The position numbers and the translations under genes were made by a program. The notes beneath the pieces are model-generated. The model was not told where the DNA came from and did not search any database. It saw nothing but the letters and a program-made list of their open reading frames with translations. A stretch of 64,000 nt of DNA, from the NCBI GenBank assembly GCA_963821025.1, contig CAWGCG010000003.1, positions 1,144,931-1,208,930 on the forward strand, given 5' to 3'. Below, piece by piece: positions 54,507 to 64,000 of this stretch. The number at the start of each line of letters is the position of its first letter. Positions within the stretch are counted from its first letter, which is position 1. The stretch comes from an uncultured Solirubrobacterales bacterium. Lineage in GTDB: Bacteria; Actinomycetota; Thermoleophilia; Solirubrobacterales; 70-9.

Positions 54507-55361
54507 GTGGCGCAGTTTCCCGCCAGGGCGCAGGCGCAGGCGGCGGTGGCGGCGATCGCCGGACGCCAGCACGGCGTGATCAGCACCGCTCAGCTCCATC
54601 GTTGCGGCGTCGGGCCGACCCGGATCAGGGATTGGTTCCGTGCCGCGCGTCTGCACCGCATCCACCGAGGCGTTTACGCGGTCGGCCATGCCGCATTGAG
54701 CAACGAGGCGAGGTGGATGGCGGCGGTCCTCGCCTGCGGCGCGGCGGCGGTCCTCAGTCATCGATCGGCCGCCGAGCTCTGGAAGCTGCTCCAGCCGAGG
54801 CCCGGCCTGGTCGAGGTCACCGTCGCCACGGCCTCGGGGCGCGCTCAGCGCCGCGGCATCCGCATCCACCGGTCCTCGTCCCTGACCGGCACGGCCACGA
54901 CCGCCAGGGACGGGATCAGGGTGACCACGCCGGCACGCACACTCGCCGACCTTCGCCGGACCGCGCCCGGTGACTTCCGCCGGGCGCTGCGGCAGGCGGA
55001 GTACCTGCGTCTGCCGATCGGGACGATCGCGGAAGCCGACGGTACGCGGAGCGGGCTCGAGGCGCGCTTCCTCGCCTTCTGCCGGCGGCGGCGACTCCCG
55101 GTCCCCGAGGTCAACGTGAAGATCGGCCCCTACACCGTCGACTTCCTCTGGCGCCCCGAGCGGGTCGCGGTCGAGACCGACAGCTTTCGCACCCATGGCG
55201 GCGCGGTCGCCTTCGAGGAGGACCGCGCGCGGGACCTGTGGCTGAAAGCGCGCCGCTTCGAGGTCGTCCGGGTCACCGATCGCGGCCTGACCACGGATCC
55301 CCGCGGCACGGCGGCGGCGCTGCGATCGGTCCTCGCAGCAGCGCGCCGGGCCGCCCCATGA
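54507..55361 (+). CDS. AbiEi_4-like N-terminal domain + DUF559 (Vsr-like endonuclease fold) protein
   Basis: GVISTAQLHRCGVGPTRIRDW..RLHRIHRGVYAVG N-terminus. C-terminal VDFLWRPERVAVETDS...D...L...G..V.R is the DUF559 pattern. Confidence 0.6.
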   Translation: MAQFPARAQAQAAVAAIAGRQHGVISTAQLHRCGVGPTRIRDWFRAARLHRIHRGVYAVGHAALSNEARWMAAVLACGAAAVLSHRSAAELWKLLQPRPGLVEVTVATASGRAQRRGIRIHRSSSLTGTATTARDGIRVTTPARTLADLRRTAPGDFRRALRQAEYLRLPIGTIAEADGTRSGLEARFLAFCRRRRLPVPEVNVKIGPYTVDFLWRPERVAVETDSFRTHGGAVAFEEDRARDLWLKARRFEVVRVTDRGLTTDPRGTAAALRSVLAAARRAAP

Positions 55362-55429
55362 GCTGGCGCGAAACTGCGGCCTATCCCCCATTTCTCGCCA
55401 CGCGCGCCGGCGGGCGAGGTGGGCACCGC

Positions 55430-56953
55430 TCAGCGCATCGCCGGGAAGAGGACCACCTCACGCAGGCTGCCGGCTCCGGTGAGCAGCATCACCAGGCGAT
55501 CGATCCCCAGTCCGACGCCGGCGGTCGGCGGCATTCCGTACTCGAGCGCCTCGAGGTAGGACTCGTCGAAGGGCTGCGCCTCGGCATCGCCGCGGCGCAG
55601 CTCCTCGGCCTGCGCCTCGAACCGCCGGCGCTGATCGTCGGGGTCGTTGAGCTCCGAGAACGCGTTGGCGATCTCGAACCCACCTGCATAGGCCTCCCAG
55701 CGCTCGACCAGACCGTCCTCGGTGCGATGGCGCTTGGCGAACGGCGACATCTCGACCGGATAGTCGGTGACCAGGGTCGGCTGGATCAGGTGTGGCTCGA
55801 CCTCCTTGGAGAGCAGGCCATCGACCAGCTTGCCCCAGCCTTCGTCGGCGCCGACCTCGGAGTCCATCGCCTCGGCAAGCGCCTCGCGGGTCGGATGCTC
55901 GAGCACGTCGATGCCGGTGCGCTCGCGAACCACCTCGCGCAGGGTGACCCGGCGCCACGGCGGCGCCAGCTCGATCTCGACCCCCTCGCGCTCGACCCTG
56001 GTGGTGCCGAGGATCCGCTCGGCGACGTGGGCGACGAGGTTCTCGAGCCGCTCGGCCGCATCCTCGTAGTCGGCGTAGGCCTCATACCACTCGAGCATCG
56101 TGAACTCGGGGTTGTGCTTGAACGAGATGCCCTCGTTGCGAAAGTCCTTGCCGAGCTCGTAGACGCGCTCGATCCCGCCGACCACGCAGCGCTTCAGGTA
56201 GAGCTCGGTCGCGATTCGGAGGTAGAGGTCGCGATCGAGGGCGTTGTGATGGGTGACGAACGGGCGTGCCAGGGCGCCGCCGTATAGCGGCTGAAGCACA
56301 GGCGTCTCGACCTCGACGAAGCCCTCGGAGTCGAGCCACTCACGGGTCGCGGCAATCGTCGCGCCGCGTTTGCGAAACAGCTCCCGGGCGTCCGGGTTGG
56401 CGATCAGATCGAGCTCGCGATGACGGTAACGAAGCTCGGTGTCCTCGAGCCCATGGAACTTGTCCGGCGGCGGGCGCAGGCTCTTGGCGAGCAGGGTCCA
56501 GCCCGTGACCTGCAGCGAGAGCTCGCCTCGCCGGGTCTTGAATGCGAGCCCGTCGACGCCGACGATGTCGCCCAGGTCGAGGCCGGTGAGCAGCTCGTGC
56601 GACTGATCGCCAAGGACGTCGGCGCGCGAGTGCAGCTGGATCCGTCCACTCGCGTCGACCAGATCGATGAAGGCGGCCTTGCCGTGACCGCGGCGCGCCG
56701 CGATCCTGCCGGCGACCCGGTAGGCGTCCTTGGTTTCCTCCCCCGCGGCCAGGCCGTCGTGGGCGTCGTCGACCGCGGCGATCTCGACCCGCCCGTGGAA
56801 CTGCGGCGGAAACGGCTCGATTCCGGCCTCGCGCAGGCGCTCGAGCTTGGCCCGCCGCTCGGCGAGGACGTGGGTCTCGGGCCGCTCCGCGCCCCCCGAG
56901 GCGTCGGCCGAGCCGCGCCGCCGCTGAGGCGCCTTGTCATCTGGCTCGGCCAT
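55430..56953 (-). CDS. lysS: Lysine--tRNA ligase, class II
   Basis: OB-fold N-domain. Class II motifs ELYLKR, FRNEG, and GLGIDRLVMLL. Confidence 0.95.
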   Translation of the reverse strand: MAEPDDKAPQRRRGSADASGGAERPETHVLAERRAKLERLREAGIEPFPPQFHGRVEIAAVDDAHDGLAAGEETKDAYRVAGRIAARRGHGKAAFIDLVDASGRIQLHSRADVLGDQSHELLTGLDLGDIVGVDGLAFKTRRGELSLQVTGWTLLAKSLRPPPDKFHGLEDTELRYRHRELDLIANPDARELFRKRGATIAATREWLDSEGFVEVETPVLQPLYGGALARPFVTHHNALDRDLYLRIATELYLKRCVVGGIERVYELGKDFRNEGISFKHNPEFTMLEWYEAYADYEDAAERLENLVAHVAERILGTTRVEREGVEIELAPPWRRVTLREVVRERTGIDVLEHPTREALAEAMDSEVGADEGWGKLVDGLLSKEVEPHLIQPTLVTDYPVEMSPFAKRHRTEDGLVERWEAYAGGFEIANAFSELNDPDDQRRRFEAQAEELRRGDAEAQPFDESYLEALEYGMPPTAGVGLGIDRLVMLLTGAGSLREVVLFPAMR

Positions 56954-56982
56954 CGCGGCGAGCCTAGATCAACGTCGAAGCC

Positions 56983-57462
56983 CTAGGCAGCTTCGATCTT
57001 GGTGATCTTGAGCTTCTTCTTCGGTCCGCGGGGCACATCGACGCTGACCACGTCGCCACGCTTGTGGCCCATCAGCGCCTTGCCGATCGGCGACTCGTGC
57101 GAGAGCTTCTGCTCGGCCGGGTCGGCCTCGGTCGGCCCGACGATCTCGAACTTGCGCGAATCGCCGGACTTCTGATCCTTGACGTGGACGCGAACGCCGA
57201 CGCCGACCGAGTCCGTGTCGATCGCCTTGCGGTCGACGACGTTGGCGCGGCGGAGCCGCTCCTCGAGCTGGGCGATCCGTTGCTCGAGCAGCGCCTGCTC
57301 GTTTTTGGCGTCGTCGTACTCGGAGTTCTCGGCGATGTCGCCGAACTCGCGCGCCTCCTTGATCCGCGAGGCGACCTCGCGCCTCTTCGTCGTCGAGAGG
57401 TGCTCGATCTCCGTTTTCAGCTTCTCCAGCCCCTCAGGGGTGATCAGAGCTTCGCGCGCCAC
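56983..57462 (-). CDS. greA: Transcription elongation factor GreA
   Basis: ITPEGLEKLKTEIEHL..EAREFGDIAENSEYDDAK coiled coil and C-terminal SHESPIGKALMGHKRGD. GTG 57462 is preceded by AGGAAGAGG. Confidence 0.9.
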   Translation of the reverse strand: MAREALITPEGLEKLKTEIEHLSTTKRREVASRIKEAREFGDIAENSEYDDAKNEQALLEQRIAQLEERLRRANVVDRKAIDTDSVGVGVRVHVKDQKSGDSRKFEIVGPTEADPAEQKLSHESPIGKALMGHKRGDVVSVDVPRGPKKKLKITKIEAA

Positions 57463-57495
57463 TGGAACCTCTTCCTGACCTGCGTCGTGATCCTG

Positions 57496-57535
57496 AAAAA
57501 AGCCCGAAGCGCGCCGCCTCCAGGCATGCACGGGC
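57496..57535 (-). terminator. Terminator-like hairpin plus U6 tract inside the greA leader
   Basis: Minus strand GCCCG-N24-CGGGC followed by TTTTTT (57501..57496), about 35 nt upstream of the greA start. The stem is short, so this call is weak. Confidence 0.3.
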
Positions 57536-57550
57536 TCGAGCGAGTCGGCG

Positions 57551-57578
57551 ATTATAGCGATGCGGGTGCCCGTGTCTC
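57551..57578 (-). promoter_or_regulatory. Candidate greA promoter (GAGACA-16 nt-TATAAT)
   Basis: A perfect TATAAT on the minus strand (57556..57551) overlaps the dus stop codon. GAGACA lies at 57578..57573. Confidence 0.45.
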
Positions 57579-58538
57579 GGCGAGCATTTCGCGGACCCGA
57601 TCGGTGCTCTCTGTGCGCTGGAAACGGTCCGCCTCGGGCCCGAAATAGCCGAGTCTCTCGACGTAGTGCGGATAGAGCTTGCGCAGGTTGCGCGCGGCCC
57701 GCTCGGCGCCCCAGTGCTCGTCGGCGCGGTCGAGCACCCAACGCAGCTCGTCCTCGACCTCCTCGCGACGAGGTCCGCCGGAGCGTTTACCGGTCAGCTG
57801 GGAGAAGATCCAGGGGTTGCCGAGCGAGCCTCGGGCGACCATCACCGCAGCGGCGTTCGATTGCTCGTAGGCACGCCGGGCGCGCTCGGCGCTTCGGGCG
57901 CCGCCGGAAACGATCACCGGAACGTCGAGCTCGGCGACGAGCTCGCGGACGAGCGCGTAATCCGGGGCGCCGCTGTGATGTGAGCGGGCGGGTCGGGGAT
58001 GCAGTGCGATCGCGGCGACGCCGGCCTCGGCGACCAGCCGGCGCGCCAGCTCGAGGCCTGAGGTGTCGCCCGGCTCGAGCCCCGAGCGCAGCTTCACCGT
58101 CACCGGGAGCCCGGAGCCGTCGGCGGCGGCGAGCGCAACCGCGACGGCGCGGTCGGGATCGCGCAGCAGCGCGGCACCGGCGCCGGTCTTCACCACCTTC
58201 GGCACCGGGCAGCCCATGTTCAGGTCGAGCAGGGCGGGACCGGCTTCGGCGACGATCGCGGCTGCGACCCGCATCACCTCGGGGTCGCAGCCGAAGACCT
58301 GAACCGAGACCACGGCCTCGTCCGGATGGATGCGCAGCATCTCGGTCACGGTGCGCTGATTGCGGTGGGCGAGGGCGAAGCTCGAGATCATCTCCGAGAC
58401 CGCCATCCCGGCGCCATGGCGCGCCGCCTGCAGGCGCACGAACCAGTTGCCGATCCCGGCCAGCGGGGCGAGTAGGACGCGGTTCGGGATCTCGACGGGG
58501 CCGATGCGCAGTGGAGTTGTCAGCGGGGGCTGAAGCAT
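57552..58538 (-). CDS. dus: tRNA-dihydrouridine synthase
   Basis: LAPLAGIGNWFVRL, SEMIS, and LNMGCPVPKV (catalytic Cys) are typical Dus motifs. Confidence 0.85.
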   Translation of the reverse strand: MLQPPLTTPLRIGPVEIPNRVLLAPLAGIGNWFVRLQAARHGAGMAVSEMISSFALAHRNQRTVTEMLRIHPDEAVVSVQVFGCDPEVMRVAAAIVAEAGPALLDLNMGCPVPKVVKTGAGAALLRDPDRAVAVALAAADGSGLPVTVKLRSGLEPGDTSGLELARRLVAEAGVAAIALHPRPARSHHSGAPDYALVRELVAELDVPVIVSGGARSAERARRAYEQSNAAAVMVARGSLGNPWIFSQLTGKRSGGPRREEVEDELRWVLDRADEHWGAERAARNLRKLYPHYVERLGYFGPEADRFQRTESTDRVREMLAETRAPASL

Positions 58539-58539
58539 G

Positions 58540-58612
58540 AGTAGGCAGTATGCAGTTCGCAGTAGGCAGGAACGGCATACCCGTCAGCTCTGCCTACTGC
58601 CTACTGCCTACT
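58540..58612. repeat. Heptad-periodic palindromic element, AGTAGGC family, copy B
   Basis: AGTAGGC AGTATGC AGTTCGC AGTAGGC on the left, then CTGCCTA x3 on the right. 58540..58550 pairs with 58602..58612, and 58559..58569 pairs with 58590..58600. Shares GCAGTTCGCAG with copy A. Confidence 0.8.
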
Positions 58613-58632
58613 CTCCGCTCCCGGCTCCCTGC

Positions 58633-59397
58633 TCACTTGTTCCGATCCCAGATCAACCGCAGCCCGGTCAGCGTCAGCAGATCGTCGACCTCGTCGATCG
58701 TCTCGCAAAACGGGACGATCGTGCTCGCGAGGCCACCGGTGGCGATCATCGTCGGCTCGCCCCCGAGCTCGCTCTCGATCCTGCGGGCGATCCCGTCGAT
58801 CAGCCCGGCGAAGCCGAAGATCACCCCGGACTGGATCGCGCCGCTCGTCGACTTGCCGATCGCGGCCTCGGGGTCGCCGAGCTCGATCCGACCGATCCGC
58901 GCGCCGCGCTCGGTCAGGGCCGTCAGCGAGATCTCGACCCCGGGGGCGATCGCGCCGCCGAGGTACTCGCCGGCGGCGGAGACGACGTCGAAGTTGATCC
59001 CGGTGCCGAAATCGACCACCACGCAGGCGCCGCCGATGCGCTCGAACGCGGCCACCGAGTTGACCAGGCGATCGGCGCCGACCTCGTAGGGGTTGTCGAT
59101 CCGAATCGCCATCCCGGTCTTCACTCCCGGGCCGACGGTCAGGCAGGGAGCGTGGAAGTAGCGGGCGGCGATTGCCTCGTACTGGCTGCCCAGCGGCGGC
59201 ACCACGGAGGAGACGACCAGCGCATCGACCTCCCCCATCTCGATCCCGCTCAGCCCGAGCAGGCCGGCGATGCGCTCGGCGATCTCGTCGCCGGTCGCGC
59301 CCGAGACCGTGCGAAAGCGCCAGTGCTCGGCGAGCCGATCTTCGCGAAACGCCCCCAGATGGGTCTGCGTGTTGCCGATGTCGACCGCTAACAGCAT
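58633..59397 (-). CDS. coaX: Type III pantothenate kinase
   Basis: MLLAVDIGNTQTHLG, VVVDFGTGINFD, and ATGGLA motifs. Confidence 0.9.
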   Translation of the reverse strand: MLLAVDIGNTQTHLGAFREDRLAEHWRFRTVSGATGDEIAERIAGLLGLSGIEMGEVDALVVSSVVPPLGSQYEAIAARYFHAPCLTVGPGVKTGMAIRIDNPYEVGADRLVNSVAAFERIGGACVVVDFGTGINFDVVSAAGEYLGGAIAPGVEISLTALTERGARIGRIELGDPEAAIGKSTSGAIQSGVIFGFAGLIDGIARRIESELGGEPTMIATGGLASTIVPFCETIDEVDDLLTLTGLRLIWDRNK

Positions 59398-59470
59398 CGG
59401 CAGGGATTATCTCCCGAGGCTCCGGGCTGGCGCGCCCGGTGGCGGGCGGCGCCCCAGCGGCGCCTTCGCC

Positions 59471-59863
59471 TCAGCCCGGCGGCATCTCGGCGAACTGCTG
59501 CGCGTCGTCGCCGATCTCGTGCCAACTGGCCTTGTACGCGACCTGCTGGTGAAAACTCGGCTTCAGGTCGAGGTCGCTCATCAGCCCTGCGGCCACGAAG
59601 TACACCGCGCCGAGGTCGTCGAAGATGCTGGATCCGCAGTTGCTGCAGAAGTTGCGGGGCGCGAGCTCGCTCTCGTAGGTCTTGACCAGGTCCTCGCCCT
59701 TGGTGACCCTGAAGTTCTCCTTGGCCACGACCACGCCTGCAAGGCTCGAGCCCGTCCACCGCTGGCAGCGGGTGCAGTGGCAGTAGCCCAGTGCCTGGGG
59801 ATCTTCAACCTCGTACTCGACCCCTTCGCACAAGCAAGTTCCCTGGAGCACTTCAGTCATCAC
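59471..59863 (-). CDS. GFA (glutathione-dependent formaldehyde-activating enzyme/CENP-V) family protein
   Basis: Cys pattern GTCLCEGV...CHCTRCQRWTGS...FCSNCGS. Confidence 0.8.
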   Translation of the reverse strand: MMTEVLQGTCLCEGVEYEVEDPQALGYCHCTRCQRWTGSSLAGVVVAKENFRVTKGEDLVKTYESELAPRNFCSNCGSSIFDDLGAVYFVAAGLMSDLDLKPSFHQQVAYKASWHEIGDDAQQFAEMPPG

Positions 59864-59997
59864 GACCCCTTCTCGAGTTGGCCTTCTTCGATCCGCGGCA
59901 ACGCTACCACCGGGAGACGAAAGCGGTGTGGGCCGCCCCCCCGGCCGAACGGCAGATTCCGTGGCGCTACGCGACGGTTGATGCCGCTCGGCGATTG

Positions 59998-60489
59998 CTA
60001 GAGGGCGCCGACGCGCTCGGCGCGCTCGTCGCCGAGGGCAGCGAGCGCCTCGCTCAGCCGGGTGCCGTCGGGCAACTCCAGCTCCGGATCGAGCTCGAGC
60101 AGGGGCGCGAGCACGAACCGCCGGCTGGTCACCTCGGGGTGGGGCAGCGTCAGTCGCTCGGTCTCGAGCTCGACCCCTTCGATCAACAGGAGGTCGACGT
60201 CGAGCGGGCGTGGCCCGTGACGCGGTCCGGCGCGCATCCGGCCGCGCTCGACCTCGACCGTCTTGCAGACGTCGAGCAGGTCCTCGGGCTCGAGCTCGGT
60301 CGAGATCCGTACGGCGGCGTTGAGGAAGTCGGGCTGGTCGAGGATCTCGCCGACCGGTTCGGTCTCATAGACGCCGGAGACCGCCTCGACCACCACTCCC
60401 CGTTCGGCGAGCAGGTCGAGCGCCGCCCGCAGATGCTCCCTGCGATCGCCGACGTTCGAGCCCAGCCCCAGGTAGCCGGTGCGAGCCAA
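59998..60489 (-). CDS. folK: 2-amino-4-hydroxy-6-hydroxymethyldihydropteridine diphosphokinase
   Basis: YLGLGSNVGDR, GPRPLDVDLL, and PHPEVTSRRFVL motifs. Confidence 0.9.
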   Translation of the reverse strand: MARTGYLGLGSNVGDRREHLRAALDLLAERGVVVEAVSGVYETEPVGEILDQPDFLNAAVRISTELEPEDLLDVCKTVEVERGRMRAGPRHGPRPLDVDLLLIEGVELETERLTLPHPEVTSRRFVLAPLLELDPELELPDGTRLSEALAALGDERAERVGAL

Positions 60490-60906
60490 TCACTCCTCCT
60501 CGTCATCGATCTCGTCGTCGGCGCGGCTGTGGACGACCTCGACCGCGACCTCCTCGATCGCCAGCGGGATCGGCGGCTCCGGCTTGGCCGCCCGCACGGT
60601 CACGTGGTCGCAGCCGAAGCGCTCGATCAGCCGCTCGGCGATCACGTTCCCGAGCCGTTCGAGGGTCCGGTAGTTGCGCTCGGTCGCCGCCAGGGCGACG
60701 ATGTCGGCGACCTCCGAATAGTCGATCGTGTCCTCGAGCCGGTCGGTGAGCACCGCGTCGCAGTCGGGGACATCGAAGCTGACGTCGATGACCAGGCGCT
60801 GACCGATCTCACGTTCAGCCTCGCTGACCCCGTGGTGGGTATAGATCGAGAGCCCGTGCAGCTCCACCTCGACCGCCGACTCGTGGCCGTTGCCGTGCGA
60901 CTCCAT
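60490..60906 (-). CDS. folB: Dihydroneopterin aldolase
   Basis: GVSEAEREIGQRLVIDVSF, DTIDYSEV, and LERL segments. Abuts folK. Confidence 0.85.
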   Translation of the reverse strand: MESHGNGHESAVEVELHGLSIYTHHGVSEAEREIGQRLVIDVSFDVPDCDAVLTDRLEDTIDYSEVADIVALAATERNYRTLERLGNVIAERLIERFGCDHVTVRAAKPEPPIPLAIEEVAVEVVHSRADDEIDDEEE

Positions 60907-60917
60907 CGGTGCAGAAC

Positions 60918-61721
60918 CTACCTATTTGCGGCGCTTCTCCACCCGCGGTGCCCGAGGATCACCTCGGCGACGTCGAGGGCCTCGCGCACGGCGGCGACGT
61001 CGTGGACGCGAAAGACGTCGGCCCCGGCAGCCAGGGCAAGCACGTTGGAGGCGACGGTGCCGCCGAGCCGGCGGTCGACCTCGCGTCCCGTGACCGCGCC
61101 GAGGAAGCGCTTGCGCGAGGTCCCGACGACGATCGGTCGACCGAGCTGCTCGAGCTCGCCGAGGCGGCGAAGCAGCTCGAGGTTGTGATCGACCGTCTTG
61201 CCGAAGCCGATCCCCGGGTCGATCCAGATCCGCTCCTCCGATACCCCCGCGGTGATCGCCACGTCGATCCGCTCGGCGAGGAAAGCGCGAACGTCGTCGA
61301 CGACGTCGTCGTAGCGCGGGTCGTCCTGCATCGTTCGCGGGCTCCCCTGCATGTGCATGAGCACGAGCTCGCAGTCGCGCTCGGCGCACAGTGGGGCGAG
61401 CTCGGGATCGGCTCGCAGGGCGGTGACGTCGTTGACCCAGGTCGCACCGGCAACCAGGGCCGCATCGGCTACCGGCGCCTTCGAGGTATCGATCGAGATC
61501 GGCACGGTGCCAGCCAGCGCGGCGATGACCGGGAGCACCCGGTCGCGCTCGTCGGACGCCGAGACCGGCTCGGCGCCCGGGCGGGTCGACTCGCCGCCGA
61601 CGTCGAGGATCTGCGCACCCTCGGCGATCAGCACGCGGCCGTGGCCGATCGCCGCCTGCGGATCGAGGAAGAGCCCACCGTCGGAGAACGAGTCGGGGGT
61701 GACGTTGACCACCCCCATCAC
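60918..61721 (-). CDS. folP: Dihydropteroate synthase
   Basis: GVVNVTPDSFSDGG, DVGGESTRPG, and INDV-like VNDVTAL. The true start may lie a few codons upstream. Confidence 0.9.
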   Translation of the reverse strand: MMGVVNVTPDSFSDGGLFLDPQAAIGHGRVLIAEGAQILDVGGESTRPGAEPVSASDERDRVLPVIAALAGTVPISIDTSKAPVADAALVAGATWVNDVTALRADPELAPLCAERDCELVLMHMQGSPRTMQDDPRYDDVVDDVRAFLAERIDVAITAGVSEERIWIDPGIGFGKTVDHNLELLRRLGELEQLGRPIVVGTSRKRFLGAVTGREVDRRLGGTVASNVLALAAGADVFRVHDVAAVREALDVAEVILGHRGWRSAANR

Positions 61722-61759
61722 GCGGGCGGGCTTCGCCGGCGGCTTTGTGAGGCTCTCGC

Positions 61760-63724
<1,965 letters not shown>

Positions 63725-63804
63725 CTGGGCTGGTGTAGGGGATGCGTTTCCCCGCTCGGGCTTGGATCAGCCTACCAAGCACGCTAAAGCCGCCTTGAAC
63801 GAGA

Positions 63805-64000
63805 TTACTCCTGCAACGCAGCCACGTAGCGAAGGTTGCGGTAGCGCTGGGCGTGGTCGAGGCCGTAGCCGATCGCGAACCGGTTGGCGATCTCAAAGCC
63901 GACGTAACGGATCGGCAGGTCGACCCGGCGCCGTTCGGGCTTGGTCAGCAGGGCGCAGACCTCGAGCGAGCGGGGGTTGCGAGCGCCGAGGTTCTTGATC
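63805..64000 (-). CDS. hpt: Hypoxanthine phosphoribosyltransferase, C-terminal part (gene runs off the window end)
   Basis: Reverse translation reads SLEVCALLTKPERRRVDLPIRYVGFEIANRFAIGYGLDHAQRYRNLRYVAALQE-stop. The position upstream of ftsH is conserved. Confidence 0.8.
   Translation of the reverse strand, partial: IKNLGARNPRSLEVCALLTKPERRRVDLPIRYVGFEIANRFAIGYGLDHAQRYRNLRYVAALQE

Noticed and set aside
54300-55391. 363-aa minus-strand ORF antisense to the DUF559 gene.
   Set aside because: It is low-complexity and Arg-rich. The plus-strand ORF shows the AbiEi_4/DUF559 pattern.

Overview
Very GC-rich window (about 70% by eye, not computed) with nearly all genes on the minus strand. It reads as core chromosome of a deep-branching actinobacterium, possibly Thermoleophilia/Rubrobacteria-like; that placement is inferred, not searched. 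All calls come from reading the supplied translations for family motifs, with no database search.

Gene content and order:
- pyrF, hup, argS.
- A small cell-envelope sugar cluster (epimerase, GT2).
- A lipoprotein plus Ser/Thr kinase pair.
- tgt.
- uvrC-rapZ ... gap-pgk-tpiA-gpmI.
- PiT phosphate transporter with its DUF47 partner.
- Two ECF sigma/anti-sigma pairs.
- One tRNA-Thr(TGT).
- The block ftsH-folP-folB-folK ... coaX-dus-greA-lysS ... clpC-radA-disA-carD-ispD ... ispF ... cysS-rlmB-sigH. This order mirrors the mycobacterial Rv3579c-Rv3610c region, but ends in a Firmicutes-type SigH (Spo0H-like) sigma factor.

No rRNA, CRISPR array, transposase or integrase was seen.

Most unusual items:
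1. An orphan TadE-TadE operon (24447-27125). Its third gene is a 667-aa fusion of an unknown N-terminal domain, a TadG-like anchor, a VanY/M15 carboxypeptidase and an SLT lytic transglycosylase.
2. Intergenic palindromes built from tandem 7-nt units, at four loci; two are clearly the same AGTAGGC element.
3. A 47-nt stem-loop motif present twice, 21.6 kb apart.
4. Three conserved genes (radA, ispD, pyrF) whose conserved N-termini lie upstream of any in-frame ATG/GTG/TTG. CTG is the only plausible start codon.
5. Two gene fusions: IspD-VOC and PlsC-GpsA.
6. A tRNA whose 3' end lies one base upstream of the next start codon.
7. 37-bp direct repeats flanking a small SnoaL cassette.

Start coordinates are my best choices and carry more uncertainty than stop coordinates.
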